A stretch of 64,000 nucleotides of DNA from Deltaproteobacteria bacterium (GTDB lineage: Bacteria > Desulfobacterota > Desulfovibrionia > Desulfovibrionales > Desulfovibrionaceae). The notes below the pieces were generated by a model that was given only the letters and a program-made list of their open reading frames with translations, was not told the origin of the DNA and made no database searches. A program made the translations under genes and the position numbers. Of this stretch, positions 62,794 to 64,000 are shown in pieces. The stretch's first letter is position 1, and every line of letters begins with the position of its first letter. The stretch covers positions 1,032 to 65,031 of the forward strand of contig SAAX01000004.1 of NCBI GenBank assembly GCA_009929215.1, written 5' to 3'.

Positions 62794-64000
62794 ATGAACA
62801 AACCAGACATTCAGAATTCGTACTCCCTATTCATTGACGGCCAGTGGAAACCGGCCTCCGACGGCGGCACATTCGAGACATTTTGCCCCGCCAACGGCGA
62901 ACGCCTTGCCACCTGCGCCGAAGCCACCAAGCAGGATGTGGACGATGCCGTAACGGCGGCTACCAAGGCCTGGCACAGCTGGAAAAAAGTAGACCCCATC
63001 GAACGCGCCAATTTGCTGCTGAAAATTGCCGACCTTATCGACGCCAACAAAGAGCACATGGCAATGGTCGAAACTCTGGACAACGGCAAGCCCATTCGGG
63101 AAACCCTGAATGTGGATATTCCTTTTGCCGCCGACCACTTCCGTTATTTTGCGGGCGTTGTGCGCGCCGACGAGGGCACTGCCGTAATGCTGGACGAAAA
63201 CACCATGTCGCTGGTGTTTCGCGAACCCATCGGCGTGGTGGGCCAGATTGTGCCGTGGAACTTCCCCTTCCTCATGGCCGCGTGGAAGCTGGCCCCCGTG
63301 CTGGCCGCTGGCTGCTGCACCGTTTTCAAGCCCTCCAACCACACCTCCCTTTCTGTGCTTGAACTGGCCCGACTCATTGGCGGTGTGCTGCCCAAGGGCG
63401 TATTCAATGTCATTACCGGGCGCGGCTCACGCTCTGGTCAGTTCATGCTTGAGCACCCCGGCTTTCGCAAGCTGGCCTTTACCGGCTCCACAGAAGTGGG
63501 CCGTCAGGTGGGCCTGGCCGCTGCCAAGCGCCTTATTCCCTCAACCCTTGAACTGGGTGGCAAGTCGGCCAATATCTATTTTCCCGACTGCCAGTGGGAT
63601 CTGGCCATGGACGGCCTGCAACTGGGCATTCTGTTCAATCAGGGCCAGGTATGCTGCGCCGGTTCGCGTGTGTTTGTGCACGAGGACATCTACGACAAGT
63701 TTGTGGCCGATGCCGTGGAACGCTTCAACCGCGTCAAAGTGGGCCTGCCGTGGAAGCCCGAAACCCAGATGGGCTCGCAGATTTACGAATCGCATCTCAA
63801 GGCCATTCAGCTTTGCATTACGCAGGCCAAGGCCGAAGGAGCCACCGTGCTCTGCGGCGGCGAGCGCGTCACCGAGGGCGAGATGGCCAAGGGCTGCTTT
63901 ATGCGGCCAACTCTGCTCGGCAATGTCACCAACAGCATGCGTGTGGCGCAGGATGAAATATTCGGGCCGGTGGCGGTCATCATCAAGTTCAAAACAGAAG
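62794..64000 (+). CDS. NAD(P)-dependent aldehyde dehydrogenase. The 3' end lies beyond the window, and the gene is absent from the ORF track.
   Basis: Own translation of frame 1 from ATG 62794: MNKPDIQNSYSLFIDGQWKPASDGGTFETFCPANGERL... It contains VGQIVPWNFP, FKPSNHTS, the Glu motif ELGGKSANIYF, and the catalytic-Cys motif FNQGQVCCAGSR. The frame is open to nt 64000. Confidence 0.92.
   Translation, partial: MNKPDIQNSYSLFIDGQWKPASDGGTFETFCPANGERLATCAEATKQDVDDAVTAATKAWHSWKKVDPIERANLLLKIADLIDANKEHMAMVETLDNGKPIRETLNVDIPFAADHFRYFAGVVRADEGTAVMLDENTMSLVFREPIGVVGQIVPWNFPFLMAAWKLAPVLAAGCCTVFKPSNHTSLSVLELARLIGGVLPKGVFNVITGRGSRSGQFMLEHPGFRKLAFTGSTEVGRQVGLAAAKRLIPSTLELGGKSANIYFPDCQWDLAMDGLQLGILFNQGQVCCAGSRVFVHEDIYDKFVADAVERFNRVKVGLPWKPETQMGSQIYESHLKAIQLCITQAKAEGATVLCGGERVTEGEMAKGCFMRPTLLGNVTNSMRVAQDEIFGPVAVIIKFKTE

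Noticed and set aside
1-64000. CRISPR arrays, IS elements or transposases, integrases, prophage genes, rRNA genes, and recognisable defence systems (restriction-modification, Abi, CBASS-type and similar).
   Set aside because: None was seen. The only tandem or interspersed repeats are coding low-complexity repeats and isolated hairpins. No translated ORF shows DDE, tyrosine/serine recombinase or nuclease-helicase defence signatures.

Overview
This is a 64-kb chromosomal window from a GC-rich anaerobe. Gene content points to a Desulfovibrio-like sulfate reducer: Orp-type NifX/MinD-FeS genes, anaerobic cbi genes, and an AmmeMemoRadiSam-type radical SAM enzyme. That taxonomic call is an inference; no database search was run. 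All calls rest on reading the ORF-track translations for family motifs and reading the DNA for starts, RBSs, hairpins and promoters. The ORF track translates ATG, GTG and TTG starts as M, so several starts were moved to internal ATG or coupled GTG codons with Shine-Dalgarno support.

I support about 60 protein genes, 3 tRNAs, and a set of intrinsic terminators and promoters.

The backbone is housekeeping and mostly on the minus strand:
- tRNA-Val, thrS-infC-rpmI-rplT, pheS-orf-pheT-merR, rpe-tkt-pgk
- rpmH-rnpA-yidD-yidC-jag
- mnmE-exonuclease-CofD-like-RluA
- murA, purM, dut, argD, aroK, trmFO
- a cbiD-cbiET-cbiF block

The accessory or unusual content is:
- the 3' tail of a giant RTX/vWA adhesin
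- a short divergent flagellin-like gene behind a near-perfect sigma28 promoter
- an A/T-rich patch (about 4.5-10.7 kb) abutting the 3' end of tRNA-Pro, carrying an alkyl sulfatase, small orphan ORFs and a Cache-GGDEF cyclase
- an Orp-like NifX/MinD-FeS/DUF134 cluster
- many secreted or inserted low-complexity Pro/Ala/Gln/Gly-rich segments

The best leads for undescribed biology are:
1. A translationally coupled 3'-5' exonuclease / CofD-YvcK-family / RluA-type pseudouridine synthase trio behind mnmE.
2. A rewired Orp-like metallocluster operon with a DUF134::NifX fusion.
3. A Tyr/Pro/Gln/His-rich secreted repeat protein coupled to an AmmeMemoRadiSam-type radical SAM enzyme and CobO.
4. A DapF-fold gene leading the cbi operon.

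Two genes run off the window edges and are missing or truncated in the ORF track: the RTX adhesin at the 5' edge and an aldehyde dehydrogenase at the 3' edge. The very long antisense ORFs (up to 925 aa) are GC-driven shadow frames and were rejected. No CRISPR array, IS element, integrase or rRNA was seen.
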